Shown here in pieces: positions 36,575 through 48,670 of a DNA stretch of 64,000 nucleotides (position 1 is its first letter; every line of letters starts with the position of its first letter). A model generated the notes under the pieces. It made no database searches, was not told the origin of the DNA, and saw nothing but the letters and a program-made list of their open reading frames with translations. The position numbers and the translations under genes are program-made. Origin of the DNA: Bilabrum cf. latius (Eukaryota); contig OZ237745.1 of assembly GCA_965178125.1 (NCBI GenBank), positions 682,001 through 746,000 of the forward strand, given 5' to 3'.

Positions 36575-39500
36575 TCACATCGGTCTCTTGATGTTTGCAA
36601 AGGAGGGGAAGGTCCTGTCTCGTAATCTCTTGAGCTCTTGCCTAAGAAAATCGATCTCCTCCGCGTGTGCCTTTGCCATTGCCACCAGCCGAGACCGGGT
36701 CACCAGCGTCTGCATCTTGCGCTACGCCTTGCCCTTCGGATTCAAGGCGCCCGCCCCGCCTCTCGATTCCAGGATGGTGGTCCGCACGGCCACTGAGTCT
36801 GCCAGCCGGGACTTTTGCTCCTCAAGCTCTTGGTTCTCCTTGCGGCTCCTGGCAAGCTCTTTCTGAAGCTTGCGGAGCTGCTGCTGCAGCTTGGATATCT
36901 GCCCCTTGTGCGTGTGCTGCAGGAACCTCGCTCGCTTCTCCGCCATGACGATCGCATGCTTCTGCTTCGCCACGATGTCACCTCCCTTCAGCTGCTCGTT
37001 CAGCTCCTTGGTGACCCGCAGCAGCTGCAGGTCGAGGAGCCTCTCGTTGACGTCCAGCGCGGAGCCTTCCGTGTACATCTTCTCCCACTGAAGCAGCCTC
37101 AGCTCCTTGTTGAAGTCCCTATTCCTCTCCATCCACTTTACCCTTGCCTCATTGATGAACTTGATGCGGCGGTTCTCGCGCTCCACGAGCTCCTTGGGCA
37201 CAAGCTTGGCGTCACCGTAGTCGACGCACGGAGCGAAAGGCATCTAGCTGACCACCTCGTCCTGGCCCTGCCTCATCATGACCACCAGCGGAAGATTCGT
37301 GCCGTAGATGACGTTGTGCTCTAGAAGCACCGCCCTCTCCTGCTGCAGGACCTCCATCGAGGCCCTGCTCCGCTCCATGTCGCCCAGGATTGCCGCCCGA
37401 GCCTGCCGCGCACGCTGCACCCGCTTGCTCACTAGAGCCGCGGCATGCGCCGCCTCAATCCTCTCCCTTCGCTTGGACATCGCCTGGTCCCAAGCGACGG
37501 GCGAGACCATCTCCTGGGTAAGCCCTTCCGGCATCTCGCGCTGGGACGGCTCCCTGAGCCGAGCCTGCAGTCGCCTCTCATCGGCCTCGGCCGTCTGAGC
37601 CTGGGCCTTTCGCTGAGCCAGGCGAGCCGCGGTGGAGTAGGGGTCTATGGGCACCGCGCCGCCCTCATCGGCCGCAGAGATGTTCCCAGCGCCGAGTGCA
37701 GCCTGCTCCACTTCAGAGGTGGGCACATCCCATGCGAACACCTTGCAGAGAAGCTGCACCACCCCCCTCTCCATGTCCCCGGCCGTCTCTCGCAGGGCCA
37801 GCCGCAGCTGCCGGTCAGAAGCCGCTTGCTGCGCCGCAGCCTGTGTCTCCTCTAGCTCGCCCGCGGCCTCTCTGAGCTCCGGTTCCAGCTCGCCCAGCTC
37901 CTGCCTGGCACCCTCCAGGTCCATCTCAAGAGCGCGCATCCGCTGCAGCACCGCCTGTTCCCGCTCGATGTTTGCGTCCCTGCCCATGACCTGCACGGCC
38001 AGCCGGTGGGCGTAGGCCTCCTGGGCCAGCACGCAGCGTAGGTACTCGTCCCTTGCGACCAGCTCCTCCCCGAGAGCCGCATCGAAGGAAGCCACGTGGC
38101 TCTCGATCTGTGACTGCAGGGACTGCATTTCCTCCCGAAGGGCCTCCCTCCTCTCCGCCTTGCGGGCAGCGAGCTCCTCCCTGACCTTGCGCACCGCCGC
38201 GATCTTCTCAGCCTGCTCGTCGGTGAGCGCCTGTTCCAGGGCCATGAGCTGGGCAGCCGCCCTGCCGGTCCCGAAGCCCTGCGATGCCCTCCGGCCACCG
38301 GCGCCTGCTGGCGTCTTGCTTCCCTTCTTGCCCTTGCCTTTTCCCTTGCCCTTTCCCCCGGCAGCACCCCCTCGCAGCGCGTCCTCGTTCGCCTCCGCAC
38401 GAGCCGCAGCCTCCGCCCTCAGGACATCCTCCATCCAAGGCTCCTCCAGCGCGTCATACTTGTCCTGAAGCTTCTGGATCTCGTCCTTGGCTGCAAGCGT
38501 GCCACTCATCATGTCGTCCAAGGCGCGCTCTGGGGCATCGTCCTTGTTCTTCTCAGCCTCTTCCTTCCGGATGCGCTCCTCTTCAGTAAGCCTTGCCCTC
38601 TCGGCGTCGCTCACATAGGGCGGAAAGCCGACGTGCTCCTCCCCGATCTTAAAGCAAGAGTCCTCCGTCTCTTCCTCGCTCAGCCTGGGCTCAAATACAT
38701 CCCCGGAGAAACCTTCTGCCCCCATAATCTTGCGCACGCGACGCGCCTTGTCGTGGATTCGCTTCATCTCCTCCTTCTTGCGCTAGCGGATCCCCCGCAG
38801 CTTCGCATTGAACGTGCGCTGCACGGCCCTTACCAGCTCCCGCAGCAGCAGGATTTGCGCCCGCTTCTGACCCGGCATGCGCACTGCGGCGGGATGGTAC
38901 AGCAGTTTCACCAGGCTCTCGCCCTCCCAGGTGGCAACCTCGCCCACCACCCCCCCTTCCTCCTCGCCATCGCCGTCGTCTTGCGCGCCCCCACCCGCGG
39001 CACGGTCGTCGATCTCGCCTTCTTTGCCCTCCCCCTCCTCCGCGGCCCTGCCGGGACTGGATGGCCCCTGCTGTGCCTGCTCCCCGCTGGCCTTCCTGCG
39101 AGTCACGGCGTCCTTCAGCTGCTGCACGGGCCTCAGGGATGGTGCGAGCAGCCCGCAGTCGAACACCCAGTCGATGTCGGCTGGGAAGAAGGACGCGATG
39201 TCGGGCCACACCCTGGCCCCTCTCCCGCCGGGCACCATCTCGGCACTCAGCTGCGCCCCCGGCATGCCAGATTGCCCACTTTTCGCGGCCTGCTGCTCGT
39301 GCCACCTGAGCTCCTCCTGCTCCACCCTCCTGAGCGCAGTCACCCTCTGCAGCTGCGCGGCCTCTTCCTCGCTGATCTTCCGGATGGGCATGCTCTCCAC
39401 CACGACGTCTGCCTTGAGGCCCTGCACCTGCCAGTAGGGCTCCTCCATCGAGTCAAAGGCGTCTGCCTTAATCTCCTCCGCCTACTCGGTGAGCTCGTCC

Positions 39501-42500
39501 ACGCGGCCTTGGAGCTGCGTGCGCCTGCTCTCCACCTGCTCCTGGAACTCGGCCTCGACCTGGGCCTTGCCCTGCTCGTCGATCACGAACTCCTCGTGGT
39601 CCAGCTTCTCGATCTCGGGCTTGGTCTCGTTCTCAGCCAGCAGTGCCTGCAGCTCTTCCTAAATCTATGCGAGCTCCTGCCGGAAACCTTCCCTGTCCTT
39701 GCGCGCCTGAGCCTCTTGCTGCATGGCCACCCTAAGTGCGAGCAGGTCGCTGGTGGCGGCCTGGGCAGCCGTCCAAGACATGCAAGCATCCTCGCCGATG
39801 CCGTCTTCCACCGCCACGGGACCCCCAGGCCCGTCACTACCGCTGCCCACGGAGCCCAGGCTACCCATGATTCCGATCGCATCGCTGGCCACGCTGCCGG
39901 CAGTTGGGCGTGACGGCTGCGCGTCGGCTGATCCCATCACGGCCACCACCGCACCCCCACCGAGAGCCTCGGAGGAGCCCACAGCACCTGCCACCACCAT
40001 CACCGTCTCCCACCAGTTCAGCTCGTCGGTGGAAGGCCGAGGGGCAGCAAATCGCGCCACCGAGTCGTGGGTGACGCTTGCGGTGACGACGCTCCCGTCG
40101 GCTCCGCCCGTCATGAAATGGCTCGAGTCAGGCGCCATGGCAGCCGCTGAGATTCCAGCGGCGTGGAAACGGACCTCAGAGGCCTCCCTTGCGCTCCCTT
40201 GCAGCACATCGACGACCCACGCCAGGGCGCTGCCGTCGGCTGCGCAGGACAGCAGGACCTCCTCATGGCCTTCCTGCCGCCCACGGTTCTCGCCAGTTGG
40301 CGCCGCAACGACAATCGCGCCTGACGTATGCCCGACCAGCGGACCGACGTACTCGAAATCAGCAACCACCTGCACCGCCTCGACCGTGCTCGGTCCCACG
40401 GACGACGAGGATGCAGCCGCGACGGGGAGGTCGCTAGCCGCCAGCTGCTCGTTGCCCTCTGCAGGGACCGCCAGGGTGGATTGCTCAACCGAGGCCGGCC
40501 TCCAGCTCGGCCTCAGAATGTTCACCAAGGGTGATGTCGGGCACACCGTGACTAGAGAATCCGACTCGCCGTGCGGCTGGACGTGCATGCTTGACGCCGG
40601 GGGCAGGATCTGGAAGGGCATGCCGTCGCCCATGTCTGCAAGGCAGTGGAGGCTCACTCGGCCTGAGAGCTCCTGCACGGCGTCAGCAAAGGGGCGGAGA
40701 TCCACGCTGCCCAAAGACACGCCCGCAACCTACGCCTCGGCGGCGGCCTCCGCAACCACGGCACAAGCCGTGCGGATGTGGTCCTCGGTCGGCACCGGGA
40801 CTGCAGACACTGCTCCGGACGCGTGGCTGATCACGACCTCCGCCGCATTGTCCACGTTCTCGAGGCATCGCCATGCCATGGACAGGGCGCGGCCCACCTC
40901 GAAGGTATCTTCGCTGCTAGAACCACCCGGCACGATGCCGGTGCGCGGCAGCAGGGCCGATCCAACCGGAACAAGAAGCGTCCTTGCAGCGGTGCGGCGT
41001 GCGCTGGCATCCTCGCGGAGCTTCTCGGCGGGAGGGGTGCCCATGTACAGCGCAAAGAAAGCCACGCTGTTCCCCTCGCCCGACATGGTGGCCAGCAGAG
41101 GCAGCTCCCCGGGGCAGAACGCCGCGGCGGTTACCGGGTGCCTATGCGCCGCAGCGCAGTGCACCGATTGCAGTAGAACGCTGGGGGCTCGCGCACCTTC
41201 CGTGGCCGATGCGTGCTGGCTCGAGTTATCGGCCACAGCTACAAGTCGCACGTGTCCGCTCGACGATCCCACGGCCACCAGGGGCAGCCGCGGATGCGCC
41301 GCTAGGCAGGACAGCTCGTCGGTGAATCCTGCCGCGGGTGCTCTGGATCCTAGGCTGCGATCCGTCGCCCTGGCATCATCTTGTTCCCTGCGCTCGAGCT
41401 TCTGCGATTTCGCTGCGGCTTCCGCGTCCGATTCCTGAATGGCCACGATCGCCAGTGCACCCTGCCTCCTGCGCTCAGCCGCGTCATCTGCTTCGTCCCT
41501 GTCCGCGCCTTCGGACGCCTTGGACTCCGCCGACGCAGATGACCCCCGCCCGTCGGCGCCGCCCTCGTCGAGAGGGTCGGCGTCTGCGCCGGCCCCGGAG
41601 GCTGCAGATCCGAACGTCGGCACCCTGGATTGAACCACGTCCGGTGATACCGACAGGGCGGGCTCCGCTCCGGAAGCGTCCTTGATGGCCACGTGGAGGC
41701 TGGGCTTCTTGAGACCGCCGAGACGAAACGCGCCCGCCGGGCCACCGGAGCCCCCACCCTTCCCTTTGCCGTCCTCTGGGCCGCCTTCGTCGTCACCCCC
41801 GGGAGACTCGCCGCCATCCCGACTCTCTTCCTTGACGATGTTGTCCACATCTAGCTCGGCGGGTGCCTCTGCTCGCCAGAACGTGCGGGCGCCGAGCTGC
41901 GCGCCGGAGGGTGCCTCATAGATACGGAGGGTGCCGTCGGCGGCGATGGCAGCAAACCGAGAGCTCGAATCGATCGGCGTGGCTTCGTCGTCTCCACTGC
42001 CTTGCAACTGCGCGAGCGGCTGCAGGGCCAGGATGGCGCCAAGCGGCGCGTCCGAGATCGCCGTGGCAACCAGGTCTGGCACACCTCTCTTGCCGCCGCT
42101 GCGCCTGCCTGCGCCGTCCTCCACGCCCGTGGGTGACGCCGTGACGCGTCCGCCCGCCCCATCGGGATTCTCAACAGAGGCCGAGTGGCCAGCCCCCACG
42201 CCGCCCTCTTCATCCTCGTCGTCTTCAGGGGGCAACCTGTCCACAGGGGCTCGGAACACCAGCCCGGATGCCGTCGCCACCACGAGCTCGCTGAGATCCG
42301 GCAGCGGAGCCATGCACGTGATCGCCCCGGCGCTGTGCTGCGCACCGGCCCTGAATCCACCGTACCCCCGTGACACCACCATGGCCCCACCGTGCTGGTG
42401 CTGCTGATGCTCCCCGGAATGATCCCCAGGCGGAAGACCCAGGCCCCGAGCCACAAGGCCGGGTGGTCCCAGCCGCGGGCACGGCATCTTCAGCTCGAGC

Positions 42501-44417
42501 TACCTGTGGAGGGTGAGCTCATCTAGCTCCAGCACCCGTATGATACCGTCAGTGCATCCGGCGATCACAAACTCGGACGTGACGAACATGGCCGACACGG
42601 CGGCGCCCTGGCACGGCTCAACGGTCTGGATGCACTCCCCGGTCATGGGGTCGAACCGCATCAACCATCCGTAGTCATTGGCCGCCAGAACCTTCCCGCG
42701 GGGGTCCCAGCAGTGGCACAGGAACCTTCTGCGAGCCTCCCAGGCGGCTGCAGCCGCCGAGTTGGCCACCACGGGCCAGCCATTGTCAGGCATGCCGGAC
42801 TGCGACGTCTCTGCCGCTGCAGACTCGCTGACGCCGAGGAGCTGCGACTCTGTCATTCCGCCAACACCGGCCGCCACTGCGGCAGGGGGCCTCTACGGCG
42901 ACATCTCCCCAGCCCCGCCGACCGCACCAGCCTGCGCCACGGACCCGGTGCCTCCCGCTGCTGACGATGCAGACCCGCCTGCAAACGTGAAGGCTTGGCT
43001 CCCCGCCGCAGACACGATCGGGAACGACGTCAGCGGCCCGCCGCCCGCCAGGGACCTGGTTCCAGTTTTCAATGGGCCCCCCACGGTGCTCCCGTCGGGG
43101 ATTACAGTCGCTGCCCCTGTCTGCACGCCCTCCAGCTGCAGCCCAGCAACGTGCACTGAGGCCCCGCCTGCACCCGCGGAGAGGGGCAGCAGCCCACCGA
43201 CCGACGCAGCCGTGTAAACCTGCTCCCCATCGGTACCATCGCTCCCGTCGGCGCCGCGCTCTTGCGGAACATGCTCCCCGAGAAGGTGCGGAAGGACCTC
43301 CGGGGTAGGCAGCACCCCGCACTCGGACGCGTCGCCTGGTCCTGCGAGCCCTGCGAATCGAGAAGCCACAGCAAGTCCCTTCATCGCTGCGGCCACGTCG
43401 GTGTCCAGCCCCGTCGCTGCATTCGCCATAGCCTCTTCGCTGACGCGCTCGTCCTCCTCGCCGTCTGCCCGGGCGTCGAGCGAGCCACTGCCCTCATGCT
43501 GCTGCTGCTCGCTCGCCTCAGCTCCATGGCCCAGGTGCTGGCTCTTGCCCGCCGCAGAGCTTCGGCACTGACTTACTGCCCGCGCCGCGTTCTTCGTTTC
43601 GCGGATGCTAGCAGGGGTGGAGTCGGGCAGCGATGCGGGGAGGCACAGCAGGATCTCTCGCTCGCCTCTGCGAACAATGTGCCAGAACTGCAGACCAGTG
43701 GGCCCTGTGGACGCCGCCACTGTGCTATCACTGGGACAGAAGGATGCTTGGTCCACCGGTGACGTGTTCGCAGGAGCGGCCGCCACTGGACCGGCCATGG
43801 TCGGCTCGGCCAGAGGGCTCTGAAGCCCTTGTAGAGACCATGTGCTCGCCCCAAAGCCGGCATCGGAACTGAACGCAAGACACCGTTGCCCATCCCTGCG
43901 ACATTGAAAGAGGACAATTATAGGCATCAGATCACTTGGATCCATCGATAGGCTGGCACAAGCGCAACCAGCAGGACATGCCAATCTCACCGAGACAGTG
44001 CAATCGCGTCATAGCGGAACTGTGCGCCGCCCCGCAGCCTTGCCACAAGCTCATCACTGGCATACTCCTTCACGAGAATGGTTGGCTCTGTTTCCTCAGC
44101 CGCGACCGCAACGAGCCCACAGGCTGGGGCAGCGAAGAATGCTGAGAGTTGCCGCAGTGGTTCCACCTATCGTACGGTGCACTATGGACTCCCCAAGCTT
44201 ATCTGCACCATCTACTTTTGAGATGGATACACGAGCGATCTCTGCGGGGCCCTTCATAATAGCCAAGGGGGCAAAGTGGATAGTGTTGACAGCAATACGC
44301 AGCGGGGAGTGGGACTGGTCGAGATTCTGGGCTCACTGAGTCCATTGCAGCAAGGCTTGGGGGCATCTGTAGTACATTTGTTACGAGAACGTGCAATGGC
44401 CCATTCTGTTCGTCCAT
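36575..44417 (-). CDS. CFAP43: Cilia- and flagella-associated protein 43 (WD40 plus coiled coil); introns 44242-44336, 43896-43990
   Basis: WD40 segments, then NLPLVVMMRQGQDEV..DYGDAKLV..LQWEK..DLQLLRVTKEL and terminal ELKRLRDRTFPSF matching the CFAP43 C-terminus. The ORF-track fragments are all in one frame joined by TAGs (11 in total). Confidence 0.85.
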
Positions 44418-45162
44418 GGTACGGACTTTTGCTGGTTTGCCTCAACGGCACTTTATTGGTTGGGTGCTGAATCTGGTTTACGAGGCTGCAGCAGCGGGCA
44501 GGAAACAGGCAGCCTCGATGGGCTAGTGTCTTGCACTTTGCAATTTCTGGAAATTCATGGAGTAGTACAGATCCTTCTTAAGATAGAGGTGATGGCAACA
44601 AGTAGTGCACGATGCCGTAGCCGCGTTGGCACTGGCCCAGTACCCGTAGGGCCATAGGCACTGGACGTAGTGCCGACGTCCCGGCGCGGCGTGTTCCATG
44701 GCACCGCAACAGCACATTGGAAACGCCGGGTGTGGTACCTCACATTGAATGTTCTACTCTGCAGCCATGACTCATGAGCGGTGATGCAATGCAACCAGAC
44801 GACCGGGAGCACTGACAGGCACAGGCCGCTCACCGTGACGTCCACGTCGGACGTGCCAGATCCGACGGTCACCGCGCCCGAAAACTTGAGCGAGGACGAG
44901 CCTGACAGCAAGCGTATGCCACCAGATGCTGCAGACACCACCGCGCCCGACCACAGTGTCACCACGCTAGATTGGCCCACTCGCTGGCAGGTCGTCCGCT
45001 TGTGCATCTGCCTCGACGTTCAATCAAGGCGCTGCATATCGGGTGCTGTATCACCTCATTTGGATTGCGTTTCCCGGTCGTCGTCGCCTGGTCGTCGCAC
45101 GGGTCGCTATTGTTGCGATATGATTCGATTAAATCAATTTCGACGATTGCACTTCAGAAACA

Positions 45163-46586
45163 ATGGCGGCTGTGGCAGCCGCTGCTGGCGAAAAGGAAGA
45201 AATCCGAAAAGGGTCTGCTATTGATGTCAGTGATGATGTGAAGACCTCGGACGGTGAACCGATTGAGTACAGCGATGGATCTCCCAGGGTACGACTCGAT
45301 GCACACACTCACATCTTGATGGAGAATTGGCCATCCCTAATGGACAAGTACGGTTACGGCGGATTTATTAGACTCGAGCACCACGAAAAAGGAAAAGCGA
45401 AAATGTACAAGGATGACGGCACTTTTTTTCGAGAAATTGAAGATAATTGCTGGTGAGACCATTGAGCACTACTATTCGTCGTGTGAGCTACGACAACGAA
45501 GCATTGTGTGTTGTTCTGCTTGGATATTTAGACTGTGATTATAATAAACGGCGTATCAGTGCATCTTGACAGCGCAAGCATGCCCCCAAATACGCCAGCA
45601 AAGGAGTTGAGCTTGGCGATTCACCCTGTTTGCCATCCTCCACCAAAGGAGATCCAATGTACTCTATGCGACCCACAATGCCCATCGTTCAAAATTGTTT
45701 GCGCAGGTCTCTATCTCGACGCCTTCGCGACTGCGACGGCCTAAAGACTCCGGTCAAGGCGCACGTGCTGAGCACGGTCCCGGTCATGTTCAGCTACTGG
45801 GCCAAGCCCAAGGACTGCCTCGACCTCAGCGCCATGATCAACGACCACATCGCCGAGTGTGCGGCAGCAAACCCGCGCCGATTCATCGGGCTTGGTACCG
45901 TTCCCATGCAGGACCCTGACCTGGCGGTGGACGAGCTGAAGCGATGCAAGACTCTGGGTCTCAAGGGTGTCGAAATAGGCACCCACATCAACGACATGAC
46001 CCTGGCTGACCCCAAGATCTTCAAGTTCTTCCGGGAGGCTGAGCGGCTCGGCATGTCTGTGTTCATTCACCCCTGGGACATGGTGGGCAAGGACCTCATG
46101 GAAAAGTACTGGCTGCCCTGGCTCGTGGGCATGCCCGCCGAGTGTTCCCTGGCAATGTGTTCCCTCATGATGGGCGGCGTGCTGGAGAGGTGTCCCGACC
46201 TGCGTGTCATGATCGCGCACGGGGGCGGGTCGCTGCCCGGCACCATGGGACGAATCCAGCACGGCTACGACGTGAGGCCAGACCTCTGCGCGGTGGACAG
46301 CAAGGTCAGGCCCATGGATTTCCTGGGAACGTTCTGGGCGGATTCCTGCGTGCACGACACCATGTCGCTGGACTACATTTGTAAGGTGTACCACGACGAC
46401 AAGGTGGCTCTGGGATCCGATTATCCCTTTCCCCTGGGCGAGTACACCAAGGCGAGCCTGGGCAAGGACTACGCGGTCGGGGAGGCCCTGGATGCCATGC
46501 ATTGGTCCGAAGACAGGATCAAGAAGGTGGAGTGCACCAACGCGCTGGACTGGCTCAACATGGACGTGAAGGAACTGCTCCGCTGA
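45163..46586 (+). CDS. ACMSD: 2-amino-3-carboxymuconate-6-semialdehyde decarboxylase; intron 45453-45706
   Basis: DAHTHIL, LSTVPVMFSYWAKP, FIHPWDM, WLPWLVGMPAE, AHGGGSLP, GSDYPFPLGE. Confidence 0.95.
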
Positions 46587-46832
46587 GAGACTCTCGGCCG
46601 ATGCATTGCTTGCTAGGGGCCGGCCGGGGGGCAGGGGGTGTAGGGGGGTCAAGCCAGCCGGATGATTGTGTTTCTTTGCTTTCGTCAAGATGGTTATTCT
46701 TACGGTGAGTATCGCGTGTAGCACTGTTTGCGCGGCAAGCTATGGCGCTGCTGTGGTTCCGTTCTTCCGGTTTTTGGCGATATCTCGCTTCCCCAAGGCC
46801 AGGAGGCCAGTCTCTCCGCTTATCTGGTCAGA

Positions 46833-48429
46833 ATGGCGGGCACGGACCCCACCAAAACGCTCATGATTGTTGCTGGTACGGCTGTGGCTACTGTTGCCGT
46901 ACAGAAGATCGCAGAGTATTTTTTCCCGAAGCTGAAGGGCGATAGTCTCGACGACGCAATGGCTACGATTGGAGGCGGCTCAGGGCCGAAGACGAAGGGT
47001 GCTCAGAAGCTTTAGGAGTTCATTGAATCCGAAATCTTGAAGCAAAGCACCAAGGCAGCTGCAATCAATTTGTCGGGGCCCACCAAGCAATACCCGAAGG
47101 TGGCGTCGCTGGATCCCAAGGACAAGCATAGGGTGCTCGTTACGGGCGGGGCTGGCTTCGTTGGCTCGCACATCGTCGACATGATGATGAAGCAGGGCCA
47201 TACCGTGTATGTCATGGACAATCTGTTCACAGGATACCGAAAGAACATCGAACATTGGCTCGGTGAGAATAGGCAGATGCGTGCGACTTGTCTCGGATGA
47301 CGCGTCGCCTCGCCAATTCGAACTTGACGCCGACTCTGTACAGAAGCTCCAACGAATGGTTATTTGTTACCACGTTTTCTATCTAAGCTTTGGATCTAAA
47401 CCCTGATTTCCCGCAGGCCACCCGAACTTCACATTCTTCCAGCACGACGTGGTGAACCCGTTCTTCGTGGAGGTAGACCGCATCTACCACATGGCGTGTC
47501 CAGCATCGCCTCCTCACTACTAGTTTAATCCAATCAAGACCGTGAAGGTGTCGACACACGGTACGCTGAACATGCTCGGCCTTGCAAAGCGCTGCAGGGC
47601 TCGGCTGCTCTTCACCTCCACGTCGGAGATCTACGGCGACCCTCTGGAGCACCCGCAGAAGGAGACTTACTGGGGCAACGTTAACACGCTCGGAATTCGA
47701 TCTTGCTACGACGAGGGGAAGCGCGTGGCCGAGACGATGTGCTTCTGCTACCAGCAGGAGAAGTTCGTGGACTGCCGCATCGCCCGCATCTTCAACACGT
47801 ACGGGCCCAGGATGGATCCCCATGATGGCCGCGTGGTGAGCAACTTTATCATCCAGAGCCTGAAGGGCCAGGCTCTCACCGTGTACGGTGAGGGGGACCA
47901 GACCCGCTCCTTTCAGTACGTGGAGGACCTGGTCCGCGGGCTGATCGCACTGATGGAGAGCGACTGCACTAAGCCCGTCAACCTGGGGAATCCCACGGAG
48001 AACACCATCCTGGAGTTCGCCAACACGGTCAACGGCGCCGTGGGCAACAACAACCCCATCATCCACAAGCCCCTGCCCCAGAACGACCCTACCAGGCGCA
48101 AGCCCGACATCACCCGAGCCCACGAGGAGATCGGCTGGAAGCCCGTTGTTCCCCTGGCCGAGGGCCTGGCCCGCACCATCGACTACTTCAAGGAGGTGGA
48201 GGGCATCGAGAAGCCCGAGGACCACGGCAGGACCACCGACCTGTGGCTCCCCTACCCCCTGGGAGTACCCACCAAGGACGATAAGATGAAGGAGAGTGAG
48301 AGGCCCGCCGGCTGCGTGCAGAGCTACGAGCCCAGCGCCAAGGCCGTGGCGGCGGCTGCGTCGGCGGGAGCGTCTGCCAAGGTGGGCTACGCTGCAGGAG
48401 GGGCAGCAACGGGCGGAGCAAGCAGCTGA
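46833..48429 (+). CDS. UXS1: UDP-glucuronate decarboxylase (UDP-xylose synthase) with N-terminal membrane anchor; intron 47263-47416
   Basis: [67 protein letters not shown]. TAGs at 47013 and 47521. Confidence 0.95.
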
Positions 48430-48670
48430 GGACCGACGAGGCCGCTTGGCGTTGCTAGCTGAGAGGCCCATGTGTTAACTGTCAATTCTGCGCTTTAAAA
48501 TTCAGATTGGGAATTGAACAACGGCCCGTGCGACCCTGTGCTCTCGTGGAGCCTTCTTTTGGGTTCCTTGGTTCCGGTTCTCGACTCGCCCGCAATATCT
48601 TTACTACGTTTGTACACTCAGTGACGACAAAATCACTAAGTCGTAATAGCAGGCCATCGTGGTGCGCACG

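Noticed and set aside
39723-41438. Long + strand ORFs (571 aa here, also 38633-39913 and 18616-20013)
   Set aside because: Antisense shadows of CFAP43 and RPB1 in GC-rich coding DNA.
44420-45160. Possible small gene between CFAP43 and ACMSD (ORF 44555-45007)
   Set aside because: No recognisable motif or consistent exon model; left unresolved.
47263-47416. C/D snoRNA in the UXS intron
   Set aside because: The C box is imperfect and the CTGA coincides with the likely branch-point region.
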